Assembly (NCBI GenBank): GCA_902477645.1
Contig: CABSIA010000001.1
Coordinates: forward strand, 1 to 60,016
Direction: 5' to 3'
From: an uncultured Prevotella sp.
GTDB lineage: Bacteria > Bacteroidota > Bacteroidia > Bacteroidales > Bacteroidaceae
DNA length: 60,016 nucleotides
Shown: positions 1 through 10,883 of the stretch, one piece after another
How the letters are laid out: the number at the start of each line of letters is the position of its first letter
Position numbering within the stretch: the stretch's first letter is position 1
Made by a program: the position numbers and the translations under genes
The notes under the pieces: model-generated
The model's database searches: none
Seen by the model: the letters and a program-made list of their open reading frames with translations, nothing else
Told to the model about the DNA's origin: nothing

Positions 1-150
1 CACTATATAGCGAACAGGAACAAACGATGACTAAAACATCTTTCGACCGCTTATGATTAATAATCTTATTCAAGACGCATATATAAGCGTTTGGCAACGC
101 AAAATAAGGCATGGGCGCTTTTGCAAGGATGCATTTAGAAAATTGATTAC
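1..150. repeat. Left copy of a repeat present in inverted orientation at the right end of the window
   Basis: Bases 1-59 are the exact reverse complement of 59958-60016 (65/66 identical over 1-66). An exact 18-mer ACGCATATATAAGCGTTT at 75-92 matches 59879-59896, and patchy similarity continues to ~150. Confidence 0.95.
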
Positions 151-447
151 AATACGGTCATCCTGGATACAGTAGGACCCTTACATGCAATTCCATATAT
201 TTCCATATAATATATGACCGAATCGCTTGTCAATTACGGGAGAGGCTGCCTCTGCTTGATTATGGCTAAACCCAATTGAATACTCTCGTAACATTAATGT
301 CCATAACGGAGAGAATATTGTCTAAATCGTTACCGTCCATCGCAGAAACAGGCGGCCAACAGCCAACATTACAAATATTCCAGCTATGGCCGTCACGTAA
401 GAGCCTACACAAAACGCCATAGTAATCCACTTCCATTTTCTGTGCCA

Positions 448-544
448 CTGCTTATCTGGAAATTCTCTTAAACTCTGCATGCAGCAAAAGTGAGCTTGAT
501 GAGCTTGCTGTCTTAATCCTGCTTATCTGGAAATTCTCTTAAAC
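448..544 (-). CRISPR. Orphan mini CRISPR-like array: one full 35-bp repeat, one 36-bp spacer, one truncated repeat
   Basis: CTGCTTATCTGGAAATTCTCTTAAAC occurs exactly at 448-473 and 519-544. The full unit 510-544 reads GTTTAAGAGAATTTCCAGATAAGCAGGATTAAGAC on the minus strand (GTTT start, GGATTAAGAC end, type III-like). Spacer 474-509; AT-rich putative leader at 545-800. Confidence 0.65.
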
Positions 545-861
545 GCTTTGTTTTTGAGCGACTTAGCCTTTTCTTTGTACATGTTTCTGTCCACTGACAC
601 CCTTAGAAATACGAGAGTTTTACGTATTATCCTCTATTTTTCGCAAGAGAACCGAAACAAAGCCCGACAAAGGACATTTGCGAAAATCAAAAAGTCAACC
701 AAAGTGAACGCCCAAAGGCTAAATACCTGAAAGACAGCAACATAGGCAAAATCCGTATTTTCGCAAATGATTTAGCCTCACCAGTGTCCACTAAATAAAT
801 TTAAGACTTAATTCTCTTACAGTTTGTAACTTCTCTTCATGTTTGCTTTTGCCAAGCAAAT

Positions 862-1569
862 CTACGCCTTGACAAATCCGAGACTGAGAATGCTTATCTT
901 TACATCGCCAGCCCTCAATACCTGATTGGCACAGGCTATGGTTGTGGCACCCGTCGTTACAATGTCGTCGACTATAAGCACATGGCGACCCGCAATTTTG
1001 CTTCCGTCTACGAGTTCCCAGATACCCTCAACATTGTCCATGCGCTCCCAGCGCATCAGCTTGGTCTGACTTTTCTTAAAGGCTGTTCTTTTAACTACAT
1101 TCTCTGCGACAGGCAACTCTGTAACCTCGCTAATTCCAAGTGCCATCTCACGGCTTTGGTTGTAACCACGTTGTTTCTGGCGTTTGGCAGCCAACGACAC
1201 AGGCAATATGACATCAATATCATCGAAAAATCCTTTGGCTTTAAGCTCTTGAGCCATCTGCCGCCCCATGGCATAACAGAAATCGGGATGGTCATGGTAT
1301 TTCATGCCGTAGACTATGAGGCTGGTAGTTGAACCGGGAATATAGCGCATAAAAGCAGCCGCTTTCTCGATAGGTATTTTACCCCAAAAGCATTTTGCCA
1401 TCTCGTTGCCGTAGGGATTGTCGGCATAGCCGGTGCGCGGCAGCATCACATTACACTCCATACAGATTACGGAACTGCCCGTTTCCACACGGTTGCCACA
1501 AATCGGGCAACGGCGTGGACTGACAAGCGACATAAGCCGGGAGAGGAAGCTAATCTTCATAGCCTTCAT
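862..1569 (-). CDS. comF: ComF family protein (double zinc ribbon + PRTase domain)
   Basis: CPIC...CMEC zinc ribbon, RGYNQS motif, LIVDDIVTTGAT PRPP-binding motif. Confidence 0.9.
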   Translation of the reverse strand: MKAMKISFLSRLMSLVSPRRCPICGNRVETGSSVICMECNVMLPRTGYADNPYGNEMAKCFWGKIPIEKAAAFMRYIPGSTTSLIVYGMKYHDHPDFCYAMGRQMAQELKAKGFFDDIDVILPVSLAAKRQKQRGYNQSREMALGISEVTELPVAENVVKRTAFKKSQTKLMRWERMDNVEGIWELVDGSKIAGRHVLIVDDIVTTGATTIACANQVLRAGDVKISILSLGFVKA

Positions 1570-2038
1570 CTACAATTTTGCCCATTTCATCGAGACATTT
1601 TCTGATGATATGGATATCGAAACCACGGCCTACGGCAAATTTCATCAGCTTCATGGCCCACTCATAATCGTTGCGGGCTTTTATCGACGGTGCTTTCGCC
1701 TTCAGCAACGGAAGTAAAATCTCTGCATACTCATCATCGGAAATTTCGGAAAGAGCCTCTTCCTGAATTTCTGAAGGAACCCGCTTCTGCCACATGGCCT
1801 CGGCTATTTTCCTACGCCCCCACTTGTTAAATTTCAATTTGTCTCTCACAAACATACGGGCATAGCGCAAGTCATCGACATATTTGTTTTTCACAAGATA
1901 GTCTACTATCCGCTGTCGGGCATCGGGAGAAATTCCCCATTTTTCGAGTTTTTGCATAATCTCGCCAGCACAATGCTCTGCCCTTGAGCAGGCAGCGGCC
2001 AAAGTTGACAAGGCTTGTTGTTCGGTCATTTCTTTCAT
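1550..2038 (-). CDS. recX: Regulatory protein RecX
   Basis: YVDDLRYA, KWGRRKI and GRGF motifs; 162 aa; prmC-recX-comF order. Confidence 0.9.
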   Translation of the reverse strand: MKEMTEQQALSTLAAACSRAEHCAGEIMQKLEKWGISPDARQRIVDYLVKNKYVDDLRYARMFVRDKLKFNKWGRRKIAEAMWQKRVPSEIQEEALSEISDDEYAEILLPLLKAKAPSIKARNDYEWAMKLMKFAVGRGFDIHIIRKCLDEMGKIVDEGYED

Positions 2039-2880
2039 GGTCGGTAGGCTTTTACAAATCTTTGTTTTCCAAACTGGTCTCCGATGACCTCTACTGCAAT
2101 AAAGCCCATTTCATCGAGCATTCTCACAATCCCAGAGGCGCATAGCGGATTTATCTCAAAATATAGCAGTCCGCCACTGACAAGCGCCTTTGCAGCATAG
2201 CGGGATATTGCTGTATAAAAGCGAAGAGGATCGGTATCGGGAACGAAGAGCGCCAACGACGGCTCGTAGTCGAGGACATGGGCTTCCATAGCCATGCGCT
2301 CACGATCCATGATATATGGCGGATTGGAAACTATAACAGTCCATTTCATCGTATCGTCGGGTGGCAGAAGAGCATCCTGACTGACAACATTGACCTTAAC
2401 GCCAAAACGTCCGGCATTATCCAGAGCAACACTCAAAGCGGCATCGCTGATGTCCCAAGCCTCAACCTCAGCCTGCGGCAACTCTGCCGCCAACGTAACG
2501 GCTATGCAGCCGCTGCCCGTACAAACATCGAGAATTCCTATTGGGCTTTCGGCGCCAGAAAACTCTTCGACAATGTCCATTGCCATTTCCGCCGTCTCCG
2601 GCCGGGGAATCAAAACCCCCTCTCTGACTACAAACATTCTGCCACAAAACTCAGCCTCGCCAAGAACATACTGCACAGGTCTGCCCTGCCGCAACTGCCG
2701 CATAATAGCATCAAGCTCTTTTTGGGCCTCTTCGTCCAATGCCTGAGGTCCGCCGCATACAATGTCGGCATACGGCATTCCAAATCTTGTCTCTAATACA
2801 AGACGGACTATGGCACGTGCCTCGCCATCACCATATACAGGCGAAAGACTGGTGTAAAGCTCTCTATACGTAAGGGGCAT
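2035..2880 (-). CDS. prmC: Release factor glutamine methyltransferase
   Basis: PVQYVLG, LIPRPET, DVCTGSGCIA, SNPPY motifs. Confidence 0.95.
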   Translation of the reverse strand: MPLTYRELYTSLSPVYGDGEARAIVRLVLETRFGMPYADIVCGGPQALDEEAQKELDAIMRQLRQGRPVQYVLGEAEFCGRMFVVREGVLIPRPETAEMAMDIVEEFSGAESPIGILDVCTGSGCIAVTLAAELPQAEVEAWDISDAALSVALDNAGRFGVKVNVVSQDALLPPDDTMKWTVIVSNPPYIMDRERMAMEAHVLDYEPSLALFVPDTDPLRFYTAISRYAAKALVSGGLLYFEINPLCASGIVRMLDEMGFIAVEVIGDQFGKQRFVKAYRP

Positions 2881-2914
2881 ATTGTCGGGAAGATTATTTA
2901 CATGTTGACTGCAT

Positions 2915-2952
2915 AAAAAACGGAGTGTAGAAAATATTTCTCCACACCCCGT
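2915..2952 (-). terminator. Intrinsic terminator downstream of infB
   Basis: Minus strand ACGGGGTGTGGAGAAAT..TTTTCTACACTCCGT hairpin followed by a T run. Confidence 0.7.
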
Positions 2953-2981
2953 CTGAATATCTCTACAGGCGGCAGACGCTA

Positions 2982-5855
2982 TTATAGCTTCTGCTCAACC
3001 TCAATTTCGGTAAATGTCTCGATGATATCGCCTTCCTGTATGTCGTTATAGTTAACGAGGCTGATACCACACTCCATACCCATGGCAACTTCCTTGACAT
3101 CGTCTTTATAACGCTTAAGGGCACTGATATCGGCGGTGTGGACAACGATACCGTCGCGAACCACGCGGCCCTTGTCCTTGTTGTGAACCTTACCCTCGGT
3201 TACAAGACATCCGGCAACGGTTCCGACCTTGGAAATCTTAAATACCTGGCGAACCTCAACCTGTCCGGTTGTAATCTCTTTTTTCACTTTGTCGAGCATA
3301 CCAATCATGGCAGACTTGATATCGTCGATAGCATCGTAGATGATTGAGTAGGTATTGATTTCCACACCCTCACGTTCTGCAAGCTTACGCGCATCGGAAG
3401 AAGGGCGCACCTGGAAACCAACGATAATGGCATCAGAGGCACTGGCAAGCATGACATCGTTTTCAGATATCTGACCTACAGCCTTGCTGATTACGTTGAC
3501 CTGTACCTTCTCTGTAGAAAGTTTTATGAACGAGTCTGAGAGAGCCTCGATAGAACCGTCGGTATCGCCCTTGACGATGATGTTTAGCTCCTTGAATGAG
3601 CCGAGAGCGATACGGTGAGAGATATCGGCGAGCGACAGACGCTTCTGTGTGCGCAGTCCCTGCTCACGCTGCAGCTGCTCACGCTTGCTGGCAATCTCAC
3701 GCGCCTCCTGCTCGGTCTCCATAACGTGGAAGGAGTCGCCGGCTGTAGGAGCGCCGTTAAGACCAAGAATGATACATGGCTCAGCCGGTTTTGCCTGCTG
3801 TATTCTCTGGTTACGCTCGTTGAACATAGCCTTGATACGTCCCCAGCTTGTTCCGGCGATAACGACGTCGCCCTGATGCAAAGTACCATTTGACACAAGA
3901 ACTGTTGAGACATAACCACGTCCCTTATCAAGAGAAGACTCTATAATTGAGCCTGTCGCCTTGCGGTTTGGATTTGCACGCAGGTCGAGCATATCTGCCT
4001 CAAGAAGAACTTTCTCCAAAAGGCTGTCTACACCGACACCTTTCTTTGCACTAATCTCCTGGCACTGATACTTACCGCCCCACTCCTCAACGAGAAGGTT
4101 CATGTTGGCAAGATCCTCACGGATTTTATCAGGATTTGCACCAGGCTTATCAATCTTGTTTATAGCGAACACCATTGGCACTCCGGCAGCCTGAGCATGC
4201 GAGATAGCCTCTTTGGTAGTAGGCATAACGGAGTCGTCGGCTGCGATGATGATAATGGCGATATCGGTAACCTGGGTACCACGGGCACGCATGGCGGTAA
4301 AGGCCTCGTGGCCAGGAGTATCGAGGAATGTTATGCGGCGGCCGTCCTCAAGCTTCACATTGTATGCGACGATGTGCTGTGTGATGCCACCTGCCTCACC
4401 TGCAATGACATTGGTGTTGCGGATATGGTCGAGCAACGAAGTCTTACCATGGTCGACATGTCCCATAACAGTAACAATCGGAGCACGTGGAACGAGATCT
4501 GACTCATCGTCGGCCTCCTCGCTGACAGCCTCCTGAACCTCGGCACTTACATATTCGGTCTTGAAACCGAACTCATCGGCAACAAGATTGATTGTCTCGG
4601 CATCAAGACGCTGATTGATAGATACCATAATGCCGACACCCATAAGGGTTCCGATAACCTGATTTACACCAACATTCATCATGGTGGCAAGCTCACTAAC
4701 GGTAACGAACTCGGTGAGTTTCAATATCTTGCTCTCCTTACGCTCTGCCTTGGCCTCGGCATTCAGCTTCTCCTGAACAGCCTCACGCTTCTCCTTACGG
4801 TACTTGGCTCCCTTCTTGTTCTGTGTCTGTTTCTGAGTCAGACGGGCAAGCGTCTCTTTTACCTGTCTTGCAACGTCCTCCTCGTTGACCTCAAGAGGTT
4901 TCTGATTGCGGTTACGGTTTTTCTTCTTCTTACCCTGATTCTTCGGGTTATTGTTGTTGCCCCCCTGGTTGTTGCCATTCTGATTAGCGGCAGCCGAGAT
5001 GTCCACGCGCTCTTTGTTGATGCGCACACGCTTCTTGCGCTCGCCATTTTGTTGAGCCTTTTCCTCACGCTCGCGGCGTTTCTCCTCCTTAGACTTCTTC
5101 TTAGGACGAGTGCTCTGATTGAGAGAGTCGAGATCAATCTTTCCAAGGACATTAACCTTTGGAGCATTCAAAATCTTCTTCTCGCTCTTAAGCTGGAACA
5201 CCTTATTGGTATCTGTCTGCGCCTTTTCCTGAGGTTTAGCGGCCTGTTTCTCAGACTTAACGGCGGGCTTGTCAGACTTAACCTCCTTGGCTACAGTTTT
5301 TTGAGCCTGTTCAACCTTTTGCGCTGGTTTTGCCGGCGCAGCCTTCTCCTGTACCTTCACCGGTTTTGGCTCAGGTTTAGCAGCCTTAACAGCTGGTGCG
5401 GTCTCAGCAACAGGTCCCGGAGCGGCTTCTGGAGCTTTCCCGGCTTTTACATCCTTAGCCTGGCTGACGGCAGCAGCAGGCTTCGGCTGATTATTTGACT
5501 TAGGAGCAGCAGACTGCTTTGATGCAGGCTTTCCGACAGAATCGAGGTCTATCTTGCCTAAAGGCTTATATTGCTGCTGTCCTGACGACGGCAACAGATG
5601 TTCAGCCCCATTGTCTTTTGCCTCGGGAGCACGCTTCTTTTCCTTTGGTTTCTTCTGGAAGAGCTTCTCGGCCTCTGTCCTTACAGCGGCATCTTGCTTG
5701 AAAGCCTCCACAAGTGCAGAATACTGCGCATCTGAAAGTCGTGATGTCAGCTCAAGCTTCTCGTCGCCCATATCATTTCTTTTCTCAAGGAATTCAACTG
5801 CCGTTTGAAATCCTATGTTCAATTCACGTAACGCTTTGTTTAATCTGATGCTCAT
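2982..5855 (-). CDS. infB: Translation initiation factor IF-2
   Basis: [16 protein letters not shown] and NKID GTPase motifs; long K/A/P-rich N-terminus; downstream of nusA. Confidence 0.98.
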   Translation of the reverse strand: MSIRLNKALRELNIGFQTAVEFLEKRNDMGDEKLELTSRLSDAQYSALVEAFKQDAAVRTEAEKLFQKKPKEKKRAPEAKDNGAEHLLPSSGQQQYKPLGKIDLDSVGKPASKQSAAPKSNNQPKPAAAVSQAKDVKAGKAPEAAPGPVAETAPAVKAAKPEPKPVKVQEKAAPAKPAQKVEQAQKTVAKEVKSDKPAVKSEKQAAKPQEKAQTDTNKVFQLKSEKKILNAPKVNVLGKIDLDSLNQSTRPKKKSKEEKRREREEKAQQNGERKKRVRINKERVDISAAANQNGNNQGGNNNNPKNQGKKKKNRNRNQKPLEVNEEDVARQVKETLARLTQKQTQNKKGAKYRKEKREAVQEKLNAEAKAERKESKILKLTEFVTVSELATMMNVGVNQVIGTLMGVGIMVSINQRLDAETINLVADEFGFKTEYVSAEVQEAVSEEADDESDLVPRAPIVTVMGHVDHGKTSLLDHIRNTNVIAGEAGGITQHIVAYNVKLEDGRRITFLDTPGHEAFTAMRARGTQVTDIAIIIIAADDSVMPTTKEAISHAQAAGVPMVFAINKIDKPGANPDKIREDLANMNLLVEEWGGKYQCQEISAKKGVGVDSLLEKVLLEADMLDLRANPNRKATGSIIESSLDKGRGYVSTVLVSNGTLHQGDVVIAGTSWGRIKAMFNERNQRIQQAKPAEPCIILGLNGAPTAGDSFHVMETEQEAREIASKREQLQREQGLRTQKRLSLADISHRIALGSFKELNIIVKGDTDGSIEALSDSFIKLSTEKVQVNVISKAVGQISENDVMLASASDAIIVGFQVRPSSDARKLAEREGVEINTYSIIYDAIDDIKSAMIGMLDKVKKEITTGQVEVRQVFKISKVGTVAGCLVTEGKVHNKDKGRVVRDGIVVHTADISALKRYKDDVKEVAMGMECGISLVNYNDIQEGDIIETFTEIEVEQKL

Positions 5856-5981
5856 TAAATTTACTTCTTAAAAACTTTGTTTCTTTATCAAATCCCAATG
5901 TATCGGTGATTGTGCAGGGATTTTCCACATAACCACTTTGCCTAAAAGGTTCAGGCAGATTTTATCAGTACCGTACCTTTA

Positions 5982-7244
5982 TTACTCGAACTCTCTGCGG
6001 AGAACCTCAAGCACCTGGTCAACGGTCTCCTCCTCGAGATCTGCCTTCTCAACCAGCATCTCGCGCGGAGCGTTCAGCACAGCTTTTGCAGTGTCAAGTC
6101 CGATTGACTTGATGGCGTCTATAACCCACTGGTCGATTTCGTCAGAGAACTCGTCGAGATAAATATCCTCATCGGCCTCACCTTCAGCAACCTCGCGGAA
6201 CACGTCGATGGTATATTCTGTCAGCATACTTGCGAGCTTGATGTTAAGACCGCCACGGCCAATGGCAAGACTTACCTCCTCCGGTTTCAGGAACACCTCA
6301 GCCTTGCGGTTTTCCTCGTCAATGTTGATGCTGCTTACCTGTGCAGGACTTAAAGCGCGCTGTATGAACAACTTTGTATTGGCGGTATACGTGATAACGT
6401 CAATGTTCTCGTTGCCAAGCTCACGTACAATGCCATGCACACGGCTACCCCTGACACCAACACATGCGCCTACAGGGTCGATGCGCTCGTCAAAACTCTC
6501 AACGGCTATCTTCGCGCGCTCTCCCGGCATTCGGGCAATCTTGCGGATAGCGATGAGTCCGTCGGCAATTTCCGGGACCTCAGCCTCAAGCAGACGCTGG
6601 AGGAACATCGGATTTGTCCGTGAGAGGATAATCTTCGGATTGTTGTTCTCGTTGTCCACACGTGCGATAACTGCACGCACAGTCTCGCCCTTGCGGTACT
6701 GGTCGTTGGCAATTTGCTCAGCCTTGGGGAGAATAAGCTCATTGTTCTCATCGTCGACAATCAGAACCTCACGCTTCCAAATCTGGTAAACCTCTCCGGA
6801 AATAACCTGTCCGACACGGTCCTTGTACTTGTTATAAAGCGCATCATGCTCAAGCTCAAGAATTTTTGACGCCAAAGTCTGACGCAATGTGAGGATTGCC
6901 CTGCGTCCGAATTTTGCGAAATCAACTTTCTCGCTGACCTCCTCATCAATCTCATAGTCGTCCTCTATCTTACGGGCCTCTGTAAGGCTTATCTGCTTGT
7001 TCTCGTCGGCAACCTCGCCATCAGCGACAACCATGCGGTTGCGATAAATCTCAAAGTCGCCCTTGTCCGGATTGACGATAACATCGAAATTCTCGTCACT
7101 TCCAAAGATTTTGGCAAGAACATTGCGGAAACTTTCTTCCAGAACACTCACCAATGTGGTACGGTCAAAATTTTTTGATTCCATATACTCACGGAAAGTG
7201 TCGACCATGCTCACTGTCAAATCGTCTGTTTTTTTTGCTGCCAT
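5982..7244 (-). CDS. nusA: Transcription termination factor NusA
   Basis: FGRRAI, S1/KH domains, DPVGACVG, LAIGRGGLN. Confidence 0.98.
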   Translation of the reverse strand: MAAKKTDDLTVSMVDTFREYMESKNFDRTTLVSVLEESFRNVLAKIFGSDENFDVIVNPDKGDFEIYRNRMVVADGEVADENKQISLTEARKIEDDYEIDEEVSEKVDFAKFGRRAILTLRQTLASKILELEHDALYNKYKDRVGQVISGEVYQIWKREVLIVDDENNELILPKAEQIANDQYRKGETVRAVIARVDNENNNPKIILSRTNPMFLQRLLEAEVPEIADGLIAIRKIARMPGERAKIAVESFDERIDPVGACVGVRGSRVHGIVRELGNENIDVITYTANTKLFIQRALSPAQVSSINIDEENRKAEVFLKPEEVSLAIGRGGLNIKLASMLTEYTIDVFREVAEGEADEDIYLDEFSDEIDQWVIDAIKSIGLDTAKAVLNAPREMLVEKADLEEETVDQVLEVLRREFE

Positions 7245-7247
7245 AGC

Positions 7248-7715
7248 TTATTTGAAACTTATTAGATATTTTGTATATTTCACTTTATCCATCTGGTAGG
7301 TGTGGTCAACATCCATCATAACAGGACGCTTTTTTCCCTCTACCTTAACCTTCTCGCTAACGGTGACAACAAAATCGTTGCCGTCAACGCTTTTTAAAAT
7401 TCCCTTGACTTTTGTGCCATCGGCATCGAGAACCTCAACCGCCTGGCCTACAAAGTTCATGTATTGCTGAGGAACTTTGAAAGGCTGCCCCAAACCTGCC
7501 GAGCCCACCTCAAGCTCATAGTCCTCGTCGTCACGGTCAAGACGGTCTTCAATATACTTGCTCAATTCCACGCAGTCCTCAATCCACACGCCGTCGGCAT
7601 GGTCTATCTCGACTACAATTCTGTCATCCGGGCTGATTTCTATGTCGACAAGAAAATACTCCTTGCCCTCCAGCCACTCATCAACTAAACTCTTAACGAC
7701 TTTTTTGTCTATCAT
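7248..7715 (-). CDS. rimP: Ribosome maturation factor RimP (start taken at MIDKK)
   Basis: IEDCVELS and YELEVGSAGL motifs; first gene of rimP-nusA-infB. Confidence 0.95.
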   Translation of the reverse strand: MIDKKVVKSLVDEWLEGKEYFLVDIEISPDDRIVVEIDHADGVWIEDCVELSKYIEDRLDRDDEDYELEVGSAGLGQPFKVPQQYMNFVGQAVEVLDADGTKVKGILKSVDGNDFVVTVSEKVKVEGKKRPVMMDVDHTYQMDKVKYTKYLISFK

Positions 7716-7774
7716 ATTCGAATATAATGTGTACAAATGAGGCCAGCTTCCAAATACCCGCCGGCAAAACTCAA

Positions 7775-7810
7775 AATAAAATGAGGAGCTCTTCCGGAGC
7801 CCCTCATTCC
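7775..7810 (-). promoter_or_regulatory. rimP-leader attenuator hairpin
   Basis: Minus strand AATGAGGGGCTC-CGGAA-GAGCTCCTCATT followed by TTATTTT, lying between a TAACTTTG promoter (~7822-7829) and rimP; matches the position of the known rimP leader. Confidence 0.7.
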
Positions 7811-7920
7811 TCTGAACGCTGCAAAGTTACGATATTTTTTTCACGCCACCAAGATTTTATGCGTTTTTTATTTAAACAGCTCAATTTTCGCAAATAAATG
7901 ACAATATTGAGGGGTGGAGC

Positions 7921-9591
7921 CTACCGATTTCCATCGGGCATCAGCAGCGAGTTGTATCTGTCCATATCTCCAAACAGCCTCAACGCCTCGTTGAGGAACT
8001 TGTCTGAGCGCAATGCGTTGCGGGCAATTCCCTCCTGATAATAGTATGCCGAGACTATCTCCCGCTCAAGAAGACGCATTATGGAGGTTTTCGCCTTGTC
8101 CATCTCTTTCACAACGTCGTGCTGCAATTTCTTTTCCAAAGCGTCGAACTCTTCTTTTGCGCTGTCGTAATACCCCTCGAATTTGGCAACCTCTACCAGA
8201 GCCTTGTATGTTTTCTCACTCATAGGGTCGTATTTAAAGTTGCTGGCGGCAACCATCTGCTTGAACTTCTCGAAATCGGCGTCCGTCAGTTCAAACTCTG
8301 CGGCTGGAGCAATCGTAGGGCGCGAGTTTATATAGTCGAGCACATACCCCAAAACAACCTCGCCCGAGTCTCTTATCGCCGCCAGATAGTACGTTATGTT
8401 CGGCATAGAGTCGGGCTTGACCTCAATGTCAGGCTGTATGCCTCCGGCATCTTTCACCTCACGCCCGTTGGCAGTGAGAAAAACTTTTGCCAAAGAATCG
8501 CTGACAACCTCCTCTGCGCCAGATTGCGCCGTCTTTCTGAAATTACGTGACTGAATACATCTTCCGCTCGGCAGATAATACTTGTTTGTCGTGAGTTTCA
8601 TCTGGGCATTATATGGCAGCTCCAACACAGTCTGCACAATGCCTTTGCCATACGTTCTTTCACCCATCACCACAGCCCTGTCCATATCCTGCAGCGCACC
8701 GCTTGTTATCTCGCTCGCACTTGCAGTCTGGTCGTTTACCAAGACAACAATCGGCAACAGTGTATCGACAGGCTCAACCTGAGTTACGAAATCACGGTTG
8801 GCACGTTTCTGTTTTCCACGGTTACTGACAACCAACTTACCCTTCGGCACAAACACATTCATAATGTTTACCGCCTCAGCCTCGGAGCCACCGCCATTGT
8901 CACGAAGGTCGAACACAAGTTTCTGCATACCCTGCCGCTTCAAGTCGATAACAGCATTGCGGAACTGTTTCGAGCAGCCTTCGGAGAAAGTCTGAAGACC
9001 GATGTATCCAACCGTGTCACTCAGCATTCCATAATACGGAATAGCCGGAGTCTGAATCAACCGGCGTGTTATCTTAAACCGCATCTCCTTGCCCGTGCCA
9101 GGACGCTTGATTTTCAGCTCAAAGGTTGTTCCAGCATCACCACGCAGATGGTCTGACACGTACGAGGTTTCCTTTCCCTTCATGGTGCTGTCGTTTATAG
9201 ACAATATCAGGTCACCCTTTTTCAGCCCCACCTCATGGGCAGGCATGCCCACGTATGGCAAATCGATATACGAGTAGCCTTCTTTATAATTATACCGTAT
9301 GGTGGCTCCAATGCCCGCATATTTCGCCGTTAGCTGATATTTCAAGTCTTTCATGTCCTCGGCAGGATAATACTCCGTATATCTGTCGAGCGAGTGCAGC
9401 ATCGCATTGATACCCGTACCAATCACCTTGCCGGCGTCGAGAGTGTCAACATACAGCATATCGAGATTTTTATACACGGCGGTAAACATCTCAATATTCT
9501 TAGCCACATTGAAATTATGGTCATCAGTCTGCGCCCTCATCGCCGTTGGCAAAAAAAGCAGGGCTACTATCGAAAGTATTGTCTTTTTCAT
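7921..9591 (-). CDS. S41 family C-terminal processing protease with PDZ domain (start taken at MKKTIL)
   Basis: Signal peptide, GIGA PDZ loop, DLRDNGGG, TASASEI, TYGKG. Confidence 0.93.
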   Translation of the reverse strand: MKKTILSIVALLFLPTAMRAQTDDHNFNVAKNIEMFTAVYKNLDMLYVDTLDAGKVIGTGINAMLHSLDRYTEYYPAEDMKDLKYQLTAKYAGIGATIRYNYKEGYSYIDLPYVGMPAHEVGLKKGDLILSINDSTMKGKETSYVSDHLRGDAGTTFELKIKRPGTGKEMRFKITRRLIQTPAIPYYGMLSDTVGYIGLQTFSEGCSKQFRNAVIDLKRQGMQKLVFDLRDNGGGSEAEAVNIMNVFVPKGKLVVSNRGKQKRANRDFVTQVEPVDTLLPIVVLVNDQTASASEITSGALQDMDRAVVMGERTYGKGIVQTVLELPYNAQMKLTTNKYYLPSGRCIQSRNFRKTAQSGAEEVVSDSLAKVFLTANGREVKDAGGIQPDIEVKPDSMPNITYYLAAIRDSGEVVLGYVLDYINSRPTIAPAAEFELTDADFEKFKQMVAASNFKYDPMSEKTYKALVEVAKFEGYYDSAKEEFDALEKKLQHDVVKEMDKAKTSIMRLLEREIVSAYYYQEGIARNALRSDKFLNEALRLFGDMDRYNSLLMPDGNR

Positions 9592-9816
9592 CTTATACAC
9601 CTTTATTAATATGACAAGCACCTCTGCAGGAGGTGCAAAACACACAAGAACATGTGATACGGCTGCAAAATTAAATAAAATATCCGAGACGGCATCGCTT
9701 TTATTCTTTTTTATGCAATTCTGCCTGTTTCAAATGTAAACAAGGCGGAATTTAAGCCTACGTTTAAGCCTAAAAACAACTTTTTTCTTCAAAAAACAAA
9801 AAAAACACAAAAAATA

Positions 9817-9848
9817 TTTGGAGGTTTCAAATAAAGTGCGTACCTTTG
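9817..9848 (+). promoter_or_regulatory. Bacteroidota sigma-A promoter for tRNA-Asn
   Basis: TTTG (-33) at 9817-9820 and TACCTTTG (-7) at 9841-9848. Confidence 0.8.
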
Positions 9849-9868
9849 CACTCGCAATTAAGGCAAAT

Positions 9869-9942
9869 GCTTCAGTAGCTCAGTTGGTTAGAGCACCTGA
9901 CTGTTAATCAGGGGGTCGTTGGTTCAAGCCCATCCTGAAGCG
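9869..9942 (+). tRNA. tRNA-Asn (GTT)
   Basis: Acceptor stem GCTTCAG/CTGAAGC, D arm, anticodon arm CCTGA-CTGTTAA-TCAGG, GGTTCAAG T loop. Confidence 0.97.
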
Positions 9943-9944
9943 CA

Positions 9945-9982
9945 AAAAGAGGTTACAAGATTTAATCTGTAATCTCTTTTTT
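9945..9982 (+). terminator. Intrinsic terminator after tRNA-Asn
   Basis: AAAAGAGGTTACA..TGTAATCTCTTTT hairpin plus T run. Confidence 0.75.
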
Positions 9983-10023
9983 CTTTATACAATTTTGAAC
10001 TACAAACAAAGTATGGAGGATCA

Positions 10024-10137
10024 GGGATCAGCGACTACGGCAGCTGGAACCAACAGGATCACGCCGATGAATATGTCCTGTACACGGAGACCCCCTGTCC
10101 GGATATGAGTCTCGACGAAACGTGCCTGAGCAACGGA
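10024..10137 (+). pseudogene. ISL3-family transposase remnant
   Basis: In-frame translation GISDYGSWNQQDHADEYVLYTETPCPDMSLDETCLSNG resembles the xSxDETxLSNG first-Asp region of Bacteroidota ISL3 transposases. Confidence 0.65.
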
Positions 10138-10149
10138 AATGATGTAACT

Positions 10150-10542
10150 ATGATATATTTTTCATTTAACCACCCTTATACTCACAAGGAAAAACGTACA
10201 GATACAAATTGCATTAAAGTGGCATTTAAGAGCTTCTTGTTATATGCCATAAAGAAGGTTTTCCCAATTGCCAATCCTGATTTTGAGAAAGCCATACAAC
10301 ATGTAACAACATGGTACGTGGAATACGATGACACCGAATACAATCTTGTGATGAGAGAAATCGGGAAAGACGCAAAGAATAATATCATTATAAAAGTGCC
10401 CGATGAACGAAATCGTGGGTTCTGGACAGATTCTGATTTAGATTTAAGTGCGTATGAGACATACAACATCACATATATATCAAAAAAAGAATTCGAAAAA
10501 CTGTGGAATTCCGTTGAATTTGATTCAAAAACAAAATCATAG
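10150..10542 (+). CDS. Hypothetical protein, AT-rich (start taken at MIYFSF; upstream in-frame part is the transposase remnant)
   Basis: Open frame with WYVEYD..REIG..P..RNRGFW; lower GC than the flanking core genes. Confidence 0.65.
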   Translation: MIYFSFNHPYTHKEKRTDTNCIKVAFKSFLLYAIKKVFPIANPDFEKAIQHVTTWYVEYDDTEYNLVMREIGKDAKNNIIIKVPDERNRGFWTDSDLDLSAYETYNITYISKKEFEKLWNSVEFDSKTKS

Positions 10543-10883
10543 ACAAGACCTATTTGACATAATGCCTTTTTTACCATACGGCCTAACGGAGTTGGCAGCA
10601 GCTGGAAAATCATAATATGAAGAGACTGTACATCTATATTCTATAAATGCGGCTATGTTGCTCCATTATTCAAAAAAATTGAGATTTAACATGCGCCCCG
10701 GAGGGGGCAGCCTGCATTGTTTGCGTTTATCCCAATGTATTTTTTCGCTGAACCTTTATATCCACATACTACACACATACTAAATTTCAGCCAAAACGCC
10801 ACATTTCCTCAAATTAAATTTGCCATCGGAAAAGTTTTCTGTATATTTGCAATTATTCTAACCACAAAAGCCAAAGCCACATT

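Noticed and set aside
266..448. 60-aa ORF beside the mini-array as a functional gene
   Set aside because: No recognisable motif and its start coincides with the broken repeat; at most a gene fragment.
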